From the NCBI GenBank assembly GCA_002633005.1, contig NMRA01000059.1, positions 423,883 through 487,882 of the forward strand: a stretch of 64,000 bases of DNA, read 5' to 3'. Origin of the DNA: Phoronis australis (lineage: Eukaryota; Animalia; Phoronida). The position numbers and the translations under genes were made by a program. Each line of letters opens with the position of its first letter. The first letter of the stretch is position 1. The notes beneath the pieces are model-generated. The model did not search any database, had not been told where the DNA came from, and saw nothing but the letters and a program-made list of their open reading frames with translations. This document shows, in pieces, positions 42,201 to 54,224 of this stretch.

Positions 42201-44197
42201 AAGTCATGGCTAAATACAAACGTAGCAGTGCCGCTGGTGGTCTAGAAGACCCGTGCAAAATATTTTGATAAATTGAAGACGTTACTGTAGCCAAGTTTTA
42301 GGACTGTTGGTACGTCATTGTTCGCATGTACACGTTCATGGACTGGGCGCTTATTTCAGCAAAGTCTGAAAACGCATGGGGGGGCGCTTATAGGGGCATG
42401 GGCGGTTATTACGGCGAATATGGTATGTTAAATATCTTCACATTAAAATAGACATTAATAAGAGAGTTTTACTATATTACTAGCATTGTTTGTTTGCATT
42501 GTGTTGATGTCATAAAACAGCCATTGATCAAGTTTTCATTATGGGTAACAAGGCAACCACCTAATATGAAATATGGAAAAATGGCACTTTTGGCAGTATG
42601 TTTGTGCAAAATAACTGGAGAATTATCGTAGTCATTATTTTTCAGTAATTATCGAATTGTACAGTTTTGTGTAAGATCTGAAGTGGTTCTTTATTCCTTT
42701 TTTCAAACAATGTCATTTGCTCTGACTTGTGAATCTTTTTGTCAAAGAGCGCTCGGCATGTGACTAAGAGTGGCAAGTTTGTACAACAGCGCTGAGATAC
42801 AAAATGATTTACAATACCCTCTCAAAAGAAGAATTAAAAGAAATCTACACCTACTTGGTAAAAATACATAAAATTCTGAAATGACCATGGCACTACAAAA
42901 TCTAATGTAGGGTGAGTCAGTGACCATGTTGTTAATGGAAAGAAGTGCCTGAGGTCATATAACAGTTCCTTATGGTGCTGAATTCTGTTGTTTCAGCTAT
43001 AGTCTCTAAGCATGAGAGTTGGCACCAGTTCCTAGTAGAAACTTTAGAAGAAGCTGTGACAGCACCAGATTACTTGCTGGACAAGGTAATATCAATTGCA
43101 TGCTGGGTTAGAATATCACATCGCCGTGATAATTGATTTAATATTCATATTATTGGTTGTCTCTGATTGTGGCAAGTGCTGTAATTTTTATTGTCAATTA
43201 ATTCACACACACCAAAATTTTCCAGTGCAATTAATGAAAGATCGAACAGGTAGATGTTTCACATCTGTATGTCAAAAGCCGAGTTGAATGGTTTACTTGT
43301 AGCATGGGTTTTCGATGAAATTTGCTGCTTTCAGGCGACTGGTAGCGCCCCCATTGATCAAATCCGGGAGGGTATGCGTGTTGTTGTGCAACACGAGTTA
43401 CAGCCATTGTCTGTGTGGGTGGCCAGAATCATCCAGAATGTCGGCGGCCGTCTGCACCTGCGTTGGGAGGGTACTGAGAAGGCCCAGCATGACTTCTGGC
43501 TGTTCTATCTACACTACAGAATTCACTGTTGGCCAGCTAAGGACAATGACTACGTGTTCAGAACTCCTGAGGGTAAGTGGCTAATATTGCCAACTTTTAC
43601 AAGATTATTGACTGCTTCCACTTGCTTTTTCTAGGGTTGTTCTAATAATTATTTTAGCCGTGCAATCTCGAGAGAAATGTTTACCTTTGTTAGCGTTTTA
43701 AGACAGTTAGTGTAGTTTTTGTGAAAATGTTTTGTAACAGCATGAATGCTTGGTATTTGACAAAATTTCACAAAGATGCCTAATGTATTAATTTATTGTT
43801 AGGTACTGCGATAACGTTGTCTGTTAAGTAATAAATGTTTTGTTGTTGGAGTTAGCTTGCATTAAACGTGGTGACTGCAGGTAAAATGTGGCTGTAAGAA
43901 TAACCTATGTAGAGTTCAGTAACACTAGAACCTCGTTACAAAAAGGAAGACTTCGCGAGATATTACCTTGCATTTTAAAAGAGAAAACGTGATTTTGGCT
44001 AGATTTTTCTTGCTGCAAGACAGCTACTGAAATCTACCCTGTTGTGTGCTGCCACCTGGGTACTTCATACTCACATCGTTATCCATGTTTTATCTGTTGT
44101 AGAGATTAAAGGTGAACATGAAAACTACTCGGACTGGTCAGAGATCTTACACAAAGCTCTGACAGACACCCTGCAGATTGCACCAGATATCTTTAAA
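28715..44197 (+). CDS. SFMBT: Scm-like with four MBT domains protein (SFMBT1/2-like), 5' part only (long N-terminal extension, MBT1, MBT2)
   Basis: Phase-consistent exons 28715-28748, 31833-32304, 32876-33024, 34032-35384, 39543-39634, 40536-40776, 42997-43085, 43335-43572, 44103-44197. FVWDEYLEETGSVAAPPTSFKH|VETSLKNGFTKGMKLEV...DTYWIAT...LRLRYDGYG..DDFWCD...IGWC closely matches vertebrate SFMBT1/2 MBT1. The four N-terminal exons are assigned by splice phase only. Confidence 0.88.
33250..33292. repeat. (CA)n microsatellite
   Basis: Read directly. Confidence 0.95.
34640..35215 (+). repeat. Coding 39-nt / 13-aa repeat (~SHSALSTQTGVPY), ~14 degenerate copies in SFMBT exon 4
   Basis: STQT..PYS.SA periodicity in ORF 33971-35416. 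Confidence 0.85.
35711..39516. repeat. ~3.8-kb inverted repeat (foldback) built from TE-derived sequence, in SFMBT intron 4
   Basis: Outer ends: cacatgctataaacattcccactaaataaga / tcttatttagtgggaatgttcacagcatgtg. Inner ends: gtggatgtgttcacgacatg (~37351) / catgtcgtgaacacatccac (~37557). ~200-bp spacer; the right arm is interrupted by an N gap. Confidence 0.9.
37932..38867. other. Assembly gap (N run) inside the right arm of the palindrome
   Basis: N characters. Confidence 1.
41009..42423. mobile_element. Non-autonomous Tc2/pogo-type DNA transposon, copy 1 (~1.4 kb)
   Basis: TA|ccgtattcgctgtaataaccgtcca ... tgggcggttattacggcgaatatgg|TA; highly similar inverted copy at 61307-62693. Confidence 0.9.
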
Positions 44198-44344
44198 GTA
44201 AGTACCCTAAGGTGGTTTCTTTACTAGTCCAACAGTGACAAAGCTAGATGAATGGCCTCCAACATACGCAAACGTGGTACAACATACCAGTGAAACTGTG
44301 TTTTCTAGATCACTCCAATTCATCCTCATTTTCAGAGCACTCTT

Positions 44345-44709
44345 GTTATGAGCCCACATATTTATATGTGGTCGCATATTGCTGTCATCTCTGTCTGGGT
44401 GTCCGGCGTCCGCGACTGTATCTCCTAAACTCCTTGCAGGATCTTATTGAAATTTGGCAGGTGTGTTCCTATGGAGTTGATGACAGAGGGCGACAAGTTT
44501 TGGACCGACCCGAATACCGCTGTGCCCCCTAGTGGCAATTTTAGTTTTTTACGTTTACCTCTGTATTTTCAAAGGCCCTTAACCGATTTTCGTGAAATTT
44601 GGCACATAGGCATCTATTAGTAAGTTGACGCTATAATCCGTTTTTCGGATGGATTTGAGGCATTTTGCGCCATCTAGTGGCCATTTTTACTATTTTCAAG
44701 TCGTTTTTG
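44345..44709 (+). mobile_element. HINE/Helentron-like non-autonomous element, truncated at a single N
   Basis: ttatgagcccac start, ctgtctgggtgtccggcgtcc short microsatellite-like tract, and an internal ~145-bp repeat (gaaatttggca ... ctagtggc, twice). Family assignment is inferred from architecture. Confidence 0.5.
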
Positions 44710-44710
44710 N

Positions 44711-46320
44711 AGACTGTTGAATAGTTGTTTTAAGGATTACAAAGCACAAGTGCACCAGTCCTGTAAGTAAAGTAAATGTTAACCATGATGTTAGTGTTAT
44801 TTTTTGTTAGCAATCTTTACCCAATTGCAATTTTGTTTTTATCGAAAATCTTCAACTTGCCCCGACAATACAGATTCAAAGTATTCTGTGTTAGCAAATA
44901 TGATAACATTTTTTCCTAATGAGAACATTTTTTCTGATGATAACATTTTTCCTGATCAAGAAGGCATTGATTATGAAAGTTAAGTTCTCAGACGAAAATA
45001 TAGAAAACGTATTAAAAACTCCAACACTGTGATTGATGGTGACAATCATACTTTTTCTGAAGATTATTCGGAGACTGGTGATGATGACTGCGATTAAGTT
45101 TTAAATTTTCTGAAAGTTTAGAACTTCAAAAGATAGAGCCTACTGACAATTCTTGGGTTTAATCTCAAAGTTTCCATACATTGTACTTACTCTAGGGCAG
45201 TCCATATATTCCATATCAGATGCAGCTCTCAAATCTTTGCTTAAAATATGATTGATCATATTTCACTTTTTAGAGATTCTCCATATTTGTGAAAGGTATT
45301 GGTAACATTTTCCCTAAAAATGTGTATGCACTATCAAGGTGCATTGATAACCATCAAGTAGATTTGAATAGCTGTGTTATAATTATGAAAAGCAATTTTT
45401 TTTACATAAGTTAAGCAGCTGTCTTAAAAATGTTGAATGAGTAAAACAGTCATAACTCTGTGGATCATAGAAGTTTTCCAGATCACACACTCGAGTACAT
45501 GCGAAGACACTGTGGACAATCTTCACTAAAAAAATGCTGCAAATTTTGTGCCATTCAAAATTTACTGCTACAACAGTTTACAGTCACCACTCCAAACTCT
45601 AGTCAATCGGAATGATTTAAAGAAAAATTGAAAAGTGAAGACTAAGAGAACGAATGACTGGTGTAATGGCTGAAGTATATGATGGTAATATTTGGAAATA
45701 ATTCCATGGTGGGAAGTATGATTTTTGGTGCTGAAGGTAACTATGGACTCATGTTAAATTGTAACTGGCTCCAACCTTTAAAGCACAATAGTTATTCTGT
45801 TGGGGCTCATTACCTTGTTTTTAAACTTGCCTCGTGAAGACAAATTTTAAAGAGAGAATTCAATGTTATTTTAGTTGGAATTATTCCTGACATGAAGATG
45901 GAACACCTTACAAACACATTTTTACAACCGCTGGTAACAGATCTGAATAATGCATGGATTGAGGAGTTTAAGCTCAAGTCATTAAGTCTAAGAACAATCT
46001 TAAGAAGTTCAGGTTGGCTCATTTGTGTGTAGGTTGTGACATGCCTGCTAGTAGGATGTTGTGTGGATTTTTGGGCCACATGGCCAACTTAGGTTGTAAT
46101 AAGTGCACCAAAAAAATTCCTGGCACAATTGGGGAAAAGATTTTGAGGATTTGATAGAAATTTGAATCCTCCAAGGTCACTTGAAACATAATGAAACATA
46201 ATTATCTGCTCAACTTTCTAGATGTTCAACCAAAGGTGAAAAAGAAAACTTAGAAAGAATGCATGGATTTAGGATTTCATGTCTTATGGACTTAAAGATT
46301 ATTTCGATCCCATGGATGCT
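44711..46320 (+). mobile_element. Decayed CACTA/EnSpm-type transposase fragment, copy 1
   Basis: Frameshifted motifs VYDGNIWK, GNYGLMLNCNWLQP, LPRE, LVGIIPD, FLQPLVTDL, CVGCDMPASRMLCGFLGHMANLGCNKCTKK. Confidence 0.8.
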
Positions 46321-46496
46321 GGGTGACACATGGAGAACAGCGTTGACAGGAGTGATGTATCAAGAGTTACTAAAGCCAACTGTAAGGTCAAGGGAACGGG
46401 AAGAGAAAATCGATAAAGCCAGACGAACTGAGAGATTGAATCAACAGGACAGGGATGGTGTTGTATATGCCACTAGAGGATTCTGAATGAAGTATC

Positions 46497-47425
46497 AGAC
46501 TGTTGAATAGTTGTTTTAAGGATTACAAAGCACAAGTGCACCAGTCCTGTAAGTAAAGTAAATGTTAACCATGATGTTGGTGTTATTTTTGTTAGCAATC
46601 TTTACCCAATTGAAATTTTGCTGAATTTTGTTTTTATGTTTTTATAGAAAATCTTCAACTTGCCCCGAAAATACAGATTCAAAGTATCCGGGGTTAGCAA
46701 ATATGATAACATTTTTCTGGATGACAACATTTTTTTCTGATCAAGAAGACATTTATTATGAAAGTTATGTTCTCAGATGAAAATATAGAAAACGTAATGA
46801 AAGCTCCAGCACTGTGATTGGTGGTGATAATCATACTTTATCGGAAGATTATTCGGAGACTGATGATGATGATGATGATGATGATTGTGATTAACTTTTA
46901 GATTTTCTGAAAGATAATAACTTTAAGAGATAGAGCCTACTGATAATTCTTGGGTTTTAATCTCAAAGTTTCTATACATTGTACTTACTCTGGGGCAGTC
47001 CATATATTTTATATCAGATGCAGCTCTCAAGTCTTTGCTTAAAATATTATTGACCATATTCAGTTTTTAGATGGATTCTCTATATTTTTTGTGAAAGGTA
47101 TTGGTAACATTTTCCCTAAAAATGTGTCTGTGCTATCAATGTTCATTGATAACCATGAAGTAGAGTTTGAAAAGATATGTTACATGTAAATGTTCTTCTT
47201 AAATAAGTTAGGCAGCTGTCTCATAAATGTTGAATGAAACAGTCATAACTCTGTGATCATAAAAGTTTTCCAGATCACACACTAGAGTACATGTGAAGAC
47301 ACTGCGGGGTACCTTTACTAAAAATGAGCACTGAAAATTTTGTGACTTTCAAAATTTACTGCAGCTACAACTATTACAGTTTATAGTCATCACTCCAAAC
47401 TCTAGTCAATCGGAATGATTTAAAA
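46497..47425 (+). mobile_element. CACTA-type element copy 2, 5' part (duplicate of 44711-45622)
   Basis: Starts with the identical agactgttgaatagttgttttaaggattacaaagc and stays collinear up to tctagtcaatcggaatgatttaaa. Confidence 0.85.
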
Positions 47426-47644
47426 AGAATAGTGATCCTCAAGCATTTTACAATTAAACGGTCAATCTTCTGTATTTATAAGGAGCAAGCATGATTTTGT
47501 ACTAGAGGAATGAGCAGCATTAACATGCCCCCACGACTGCTTTGCAAATGGCATGCTTCTAGTGATGTTTATTACCATCAGAAAGACGGCTATTCGCCAC
47601 AGCCCAGAATGCACCAAAACTGCCAAAATCTATTTCTCAAATTT

Positions 47645-48290
47645 CATGTAAATCTCAAAGCCATTAAACTAACTTGGTTTCGTAGACTACTTTGTGAAAG
47701 TACTACAAGTCCATGGGCAGTTTTAGCAAATGGTCTGTTATCAAGAGTTTCAAAGAATTAATATTCAGGGATTTCTATTTTACAAAGATGTCCCAAATGA
47801 CTTTTAATGTATTTTGGAAAGAGGTCTTTCAATGTGTCCATGAATTCAGATTGTTCGTTCCCGAAAACGATCGTATTTATCAGCCACTGTGGTTTCATTG
47901 GAATATACTGATAGATAACAAGCCTGTGGTATCAAAAAGGTATAACTAATGTACACGACTTACTTATTCTGATGGTTGCTTCGTTAATTATGAGGAATTT
48001 ATACAGAAATTTGACTTTACATCTCAAGTAACTTTATTTTACGGTCTATGAAGCTCATTATATGCTAGCTGGAATTATCTCAGAGAGGGAAAGCGTCAAG
48101 TAATTTTACAGCGTCGTCCACAATACACTGACGTTATTTTGGAAGATGTCAAAGGAGTAGATAAAATTTACGTTATTGTCTCTTAAAATTGTGGGAAAAC
48201 AAAGTGTCAAATGAAGTGGAGTAAAAAATTAAATCTCCCGAATACTGCAGAATGGAGGTACTATGTTTTTTGTTACATCTATTCATTCAC
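47645..48290 (+). mobile_element. Decayed L1/Tx1-type non-LTR retrotransposon ORF2 fragment (post-RT region)
   Basis: KAIKLTWFRRLL, FWKEVF, QPLWFHWNILIDNKPV and KWSKKLNL, in shifting frames. Confidence 0.65.
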
Positions 48291-48319
48291 CGTACCTATT
48301 ATATTAAATAACAAAAAAT

Positions 48320-48664
48320 CATTGAAAGCCCACCAAGGTCATTGGAACCACCATGGTTTGCGAACAGAGAAGGGCAAGTCACCATACAAGCTGTTTGTTG
48401 AGCAAGTGTTGGCACTGCCGTACAGCAATCTCACTGCTGTACAAGAGCTGTTCGAGAAATATGTCTACAAATACTGAGTTACATACCCAAGAAGGAATAG
48501 TTCCAGAATGTTCTCCATGTCCTCTCTCAAGTAACAACCTATCTCGGCTTGATGAACTTGTATCTTCACTATACATTAGAGAAACTCACAGCTTACAAGT
48601 GTATCAGAAAATACTGCGATTTGTAAAATTTATTACAAGTTCATATTCATGGATTCATACGTGA
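48320..48664 (+). mobile_element. C-terminal fragment of an integrase-like (IS3EU-type) DDE transposase
   Basis: HWNHHGLRTEKGKSPYKLF resembles the WNxHx(L/I)RT...SP motif of integrase-core transposases. Confidence 0.5.
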
Positions 48665-49387
48665 GGTGACTGTGTTAACTACCAGCTAAAATGGTCTCTC
48701 ACAAGCTAGCAACTTGTAATCTGTTATACTAGAGTTTCTGCATTGGGTGGGAAGGATTCATTAGCTTTTGTTAGTTTGTTCTGTCAATTCCTTCCTGTGT
48801 ATATTTGACGTTGTAATTTGTGGGATTCTGCTCTGGCTTTCAAGGTGATTTAAAAGCCTTGATATTTGTGGTTATGGCTGAATTACTGTTCAAAGACCTG
48901 TGACAATGATAAAGCTTCCATTAGACACCTGGGCATTAATAAATTTCTGACATGATCTTGAAAAAAATTTCATGTAAATCCATCAAGGATCTCCAAAGAT
49001 ACAGAGTTAAACGAAATTGAAACATGCAGTAGACTTCATTGTTATTTTTATCATATTGAGAAATAAACATCTAGAATAAACATACATTTTTTATTAACTA
49101 GGTTAGAGCGAAGGTGTTACTACAGGAAGAGTGAAAGTGCCAAAAGAAATCCATCTCTCTTCTTGAGTCTTATCATGGATGGAATGGATCAAAGTAAGGT
49201 AAAATGGCCATTCAAAATATTCAGTGACCTCATGATGATGAAATGGAACTTCAAAATCTTTAAGATAACAAAAATAATTTAATACTTGGTAGGTAGTCTT
49301 GTTTTGGATAGTGAAACACTTTACTAACAATTCCTAACATAATTAGAACAGCGAGTAAAGCATAGAATCAAAAAGTTTCAAATGAAT

Positions 49388-50126
49388 CCAACGCAGCGGT
49401 TCTGTCCTTCAGAAAGCGTTGCCGCGCACAGATGCGAGTTTCGAGGAAGGACGAGGGGAAGGACGGAAAACATCTCGGAATACAGTTTTAGTCTAAAACG
49501 GCTTGAGTCATTGGCTTTCCCTGAGTTAGCCAGTGACGCCGGTGAGGTTTTGGTTGTAGACCAATTCATAGCAGGGCTTAACGACCAGGTGCTGCGGAGG
49601 CACGTGCAATTTCAGAGGCCATTGTCCGTAGATAACACAATTTCATATGCACTCAAGTTTGAGGCATTTGAAGGGACTTGGTGCAGTCGGAAAAGCAAAG
49701 TTTTGGATGCGTCTCCTACTAACACGAGTCATGTCCATGTGTGAGCGCCCAATTAACCGGCCGGACCATGGCGACTTGGCCGAGATAAAGAAAGCGTTAG
49801 CGGACGTTCAGCGCCAGCTCGGCGACCGAAAGCCCCGGGAACTGATCCACTGCTACAACTGTGGGCAGGAGGGACACATCGCCCAGAAATGTCCCCAGGA
49901 AAGAAAGGGGGACACTCGTAAACAAAGTACTAATGAGTCGTCAAACTAGGACCGGTCGAGTCCGCGGCCAAGGCCTCGACCGGGTTTGCAGAATGTTCAT
50001 TTGTTTTTGTAGATTTATTTGGGGAAATGTTTCTCGCTTTTATAGACAGCGGTTCGCCTTGCCCTCTTATGTCTAGAGAGGTTTTTGAGTTAAGCTGTTT
50101 GCATATAGGTGGTTTAGAACCCAATC
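49388..50126 (+). mobile_element. Gypsy/Ty3 LTR retrotransposon internal fragment (gag C-terminus, zinc knuckle, start of protease), no LTRs
   Basis: VDQFIAGL, CYNCGQEGHIAQKC (CX2CX4HX4C) and protease-like FIDSGS; frameshifted. Confidence 0.85.
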
Positions 50127-50759
50127 TCAAAAAGTTTCAAATGAATGCAACCAGCCATTTCTGAGAACATATTACATGACTGTATTGGGTTTCAAAGTTA
50201 GCCAAATTTAGGCATTTTTCTAACATTTTACTTAAGTGTTGTTGAACATAACTTGCTGTGTATTTCATTAAATAACATATCAATACGATGCTGTTGTATC
50301 CCGCACTCAAAGGAAAATGAATGCCATGGTAATGAAATTAGTCCTGCTAAGTTACTGTTATTGACAGTACAGTAATCTTAATCTTGATCACATTTAGTAG
50401 CAGACCATTAAAGTTCCTCATGTAGGCTCTTATGTTTATAAGAGCAGAATGTACGCTTGTATTGCATTTTTTCATGACTATTTCTCATTGTTTATGCAAA
50501 TTTTTTCATTTCAGTTTGTTGTTAATGCCAGTTTACACTGAATAATTCAGCTGGCAATGAGACATCCTGAATTTTTTCAGGTAAAACCAACATACCACAC
50601 ATAGTTGGACCACAGGCAAAGATAACGAATCCTACCGACTTGTTAACTACCCATGCAACTGGAGCAAAGATTTTATAGTTACTAAGATTTCCGACTTAGG
50701 ACCCAAATACGTCACAGCCTTACACGTAGCGCCACCTTCTGAAGGGTGCAAGAAAGTTA

Positions 50760-51780
50760 GTCGTCTCAACAGAAAAATGCTAAAACGAGGTAAAAAGACA
50801 TCCATTTCCAAGCAAGACCTCATCACAGAACTACGCAAGCACTTGCATGGTAATAATTTTTGAGTTTGTCAAAGCTCAATTGAACTTATGTGACAAAAAC
50901 CTAAAAGGGCAAAGATATTCTGATGATTTTAAAATGATTTGCTTGTCAATATATCATTCCAGTCCTAAGTGCTATCGACTGCTACGTAAACCATTTTACT
51001 TGCCTGCAGTTTCAACATTGAAAAAGTGCATAAGTCATATTATCGTAAGACCTGGGTTTCACGAAATTATATTGGATGGTTTAAAACGAAAGGTTTCCAA
51101 AATGAAACTTCAATCAAAAGTATGTTCTTTGGTTTTTGATGAAATGGCTATTAACGAGAACATATGCTATGAGTCAAACATAGATAAAGTGTCAGGATTT
51201 GAGGATTTAGGGACGATGGGGAAAAACAAATAATAATAATAATATGTTGCCAACCACGTATGTGTGTTTATGGTGAGGGGGTTGTGTGAAAAGTGGAAGC
51301 AGCCTGTTGGATACTTTCTAACCAGTGGTCCTATCTCTCCTGATACATTGAAAAATCAACTATTCTCTTGCATTGACAAGGTTGAGGCCATGGGTTTAAT
51401 TGTTAAAGCTGTTGTTTGGTGACCAGTGCAGTAACAACCGAAGTGTTATGATATCTATTGGTGTCACAGTTAACAAACCGTATTTTATTTATGATTCAAA
51501 AAGGTTGGTTTTCTTTGACCCCCTCTTCTTAAACATGTTAGACACAACCTAAAGAATTCAGGATTTTTTGTAAATAACAACAAAATTTGCTGTAAATTTA
51601 TTGAACAATTTTATAATATAGACTCACAGTTGCCAATTCGCATGGCCCCCAAGTTAACTGCAAAGCACATCAAACTACCTCCTTTTCTACAACTTTGTGT
51701 TTGTCTGGAAATTTCCTGCCTAAGGAGGCTATATATACTGCCCAGTTTGTTGAAACATACCACAAGTTGTTTAACATTAT
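50760..51780 (+). mobile_element. Decayed P-element/THAP9-type transposase
   Basis: KGQRYSDDFK..LSIYHSSPKCYRLLRK.F.LPAVSTL, CSLVFDEMAI, GFEDLG, ANHVCVFMVRGLCEKWKQPVGYF and RMAPKLTAKHI; stops and frameshifts present. Confidence 0.88.
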
Positions 51781-53529
51781 TTAACATTTCATTCCAATTT
51801 GTTTAATAAGAGAGCACTGTCTTCTAAGTCTAGCCAAGTTTTTACTTTCCTGTCAAACACTCTCACTTGGTTAATAGTCTGAAGTAGACTAATTATATAC
51901 AGTACAAGTGGAAAACTTTTCTTGGTAACATTTTCTTTGTATCGGTTGGGTGTGTATGTTCCCTCGAACTACAAACATTATCCCTTGTAACTATTGATAT
52001 GTAGGCAAAATCAAATTTATTATTTATATTGCAGCTTTCCAAAAAACTAATACTGTAGAAGTGCTAGGTCTCGTGGCTGAAGTATCTGTATTATTTCATG
52101 TATTGACATGTATTGTAAAATGTATTATAAACATTGTTTTCATACAATTCACCAATTGTGTGTTAAAATTACAATGATTGTAATGAGTTTTGAACTGGTG
52201 TGTTTCAAAGTTGGAATAAAAAATAATATTGATCTACATGCTCTTATTTATTATTACTCTTCCTTTCTTTATGCAGTGAGTATTATTTATTATTCAAATT
52301 TATTTTATTCCGTGGGTTTCAGCAACAAAAACTATTATATGAATATTACGGAACATATGATGAAATATTATGCTAAAATATATATATTAGTGTTATGTTT
52401 ATTTGATTCTGTTGCTGTAGTTAGAAAACCATGTGAAAATGAATTCATATAATTCTGCAGTTTTAACCCCTAAAAATCATCTAGTTTCAAACTTTGAACT
52501 AGATAGCAAGAAAAAAGGAAATGCCAACAGAATACTTTTCAAGCAAACCTAATGAAACCTTGTTAGAAGGAATACTAATACTTGGAAGCTTTGACCCAAA
52601 ATGGCTTCCAGTGTCTGGTATTATCTAATTAGCACTTCCCTGCAAAGATAAATGTACTCGTAGAAACTTCTAATTGAGATCATACATAGGGTCATTTTTG
52701 CAAACTAGGGGTAATTTTTGGACTTGGAAATAACTAACAGCTTGTCATTGCTAGAGAGTGTGGTCATTATAAAGTATGAACTTTGTCTCTGCAGGTCATT
52801 TCAATTGCCATGCAATAAGAATAATTACGTAACGTCTATGAATCTGTTTTTCAGGGCTTACATAGCACGCCAGACTTGGCATTATAATCTGCTTTTTGTA
52901 ACATTGATGTCAGTTAGGAATGGTAAATTAATGTTTATAATTCCAGGGCAACAGGCTACCACCAGTGTTGTACCTACGAGCAGATTACTGCTAGAGGGAA
53001 AACAAGAACAAATATGTGCTTGGGTTGTGCCAACTTTTGGGTGCACGGGAGCATTTTTAGAGAGGTTAGTGGCAATGACATTTTTCAAAAAATGTTTTCT
53101 ACACTGCTTTGCCAAATTACTCAGCCATTCAGACACCAAATGACAAATATTAATCTTAACACGTGACAACAATCTTGCTTTAGTAATGACTGGTCACTTT
53201 GAAGTTCCTGATTTTATTCAGTTATGCCTTTAGTTTAAAATTGACCAGTTCTCCAAAACAAATATAAACTTGTTTTTATCTAGTGCAGAGATGTGCAAAA
53301 GGAAAGCATAAAATTCTGAATGTAAGTTGCTGTAATCTTTATCCAGGTATAGATACAACGAAACCAAATATTAATTTCTACTCATTTGTTTCAGGTTCAG
53401 ATGTCATTCTTAATGGTAGGCCATACCCACCAAGATATAGATGCAGGATTTAGCAAAATTGCTGACAAATTGAGGAAAGCAGATAAAAAGACTCTACCAC
53501 GCTTACTTAATCTTGTGCCAAATGCACAG

Positions 53530-54224
53530 AGCCATATTGAAATCAAAACTCTCGACACATGCCGTCACACCAGAGGAAGAATCGGTATTGAATCGGGGAC
53601 TCGTGTTTTGTCCGTCCTCTAAGGTCAAGCCTATTGACCTATGTCAGGACCACAAGAATTGTATTAGGAGACTGAGACTACAAGAATATTTTCATGGACA
53701 GCCCAGAACAGCGGAGGAACCTGAACATCCTACTCAAGGACCACTCTCTGACTCTATGTCAGTACAACAACCATACCTGAACAAACGCAAGAATAATAGT
53801 GTGGACGCCCCCGGAGGGAAGAAGCTCTAGACTGGATTTATACATCAACTGCGTACGTAACCGAGTGACGTCACAGATCCTGTCCAAACAGCAACACACA
53901 CTAACAGAACATAACACCACTAGAACCTCAGGCCATTCGATAATTACGCAATAACAAGGATATTCTAATCATTTGATCCGGCGGACAAAGGCGGAGCTGT
54001 GGTAATACAAAATCGCACTGACTGTGTTCGCGAAGCATATCACCAATTGTCTGACCATTTGTATCATTCTAAACTTAACAGTGACCCCACTGATCAATAT
54101 GTTAGGGATTTACATATAAGCTGATTAAAAGTTGTGATGAACCTGCATGATCTATCCTGGACTCCCTAATCCTCCAGGACCCCAAATTGGGCGTATTCTA
54201 CTCTTTGCCTAAAATTCGCCAAGA
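53530..54224 (+). mobile_element. Penelope-like retroelement fragment (N-terminal region to start of RT)
   Basis: LSTHAVTPEEESVLNRGLVFCP, RRLRLQEYF, ADKGGAVV, QLSD...SDPT and FYSLPKI are hallmark PLE motifs; decayed. Confidence 0.85.
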
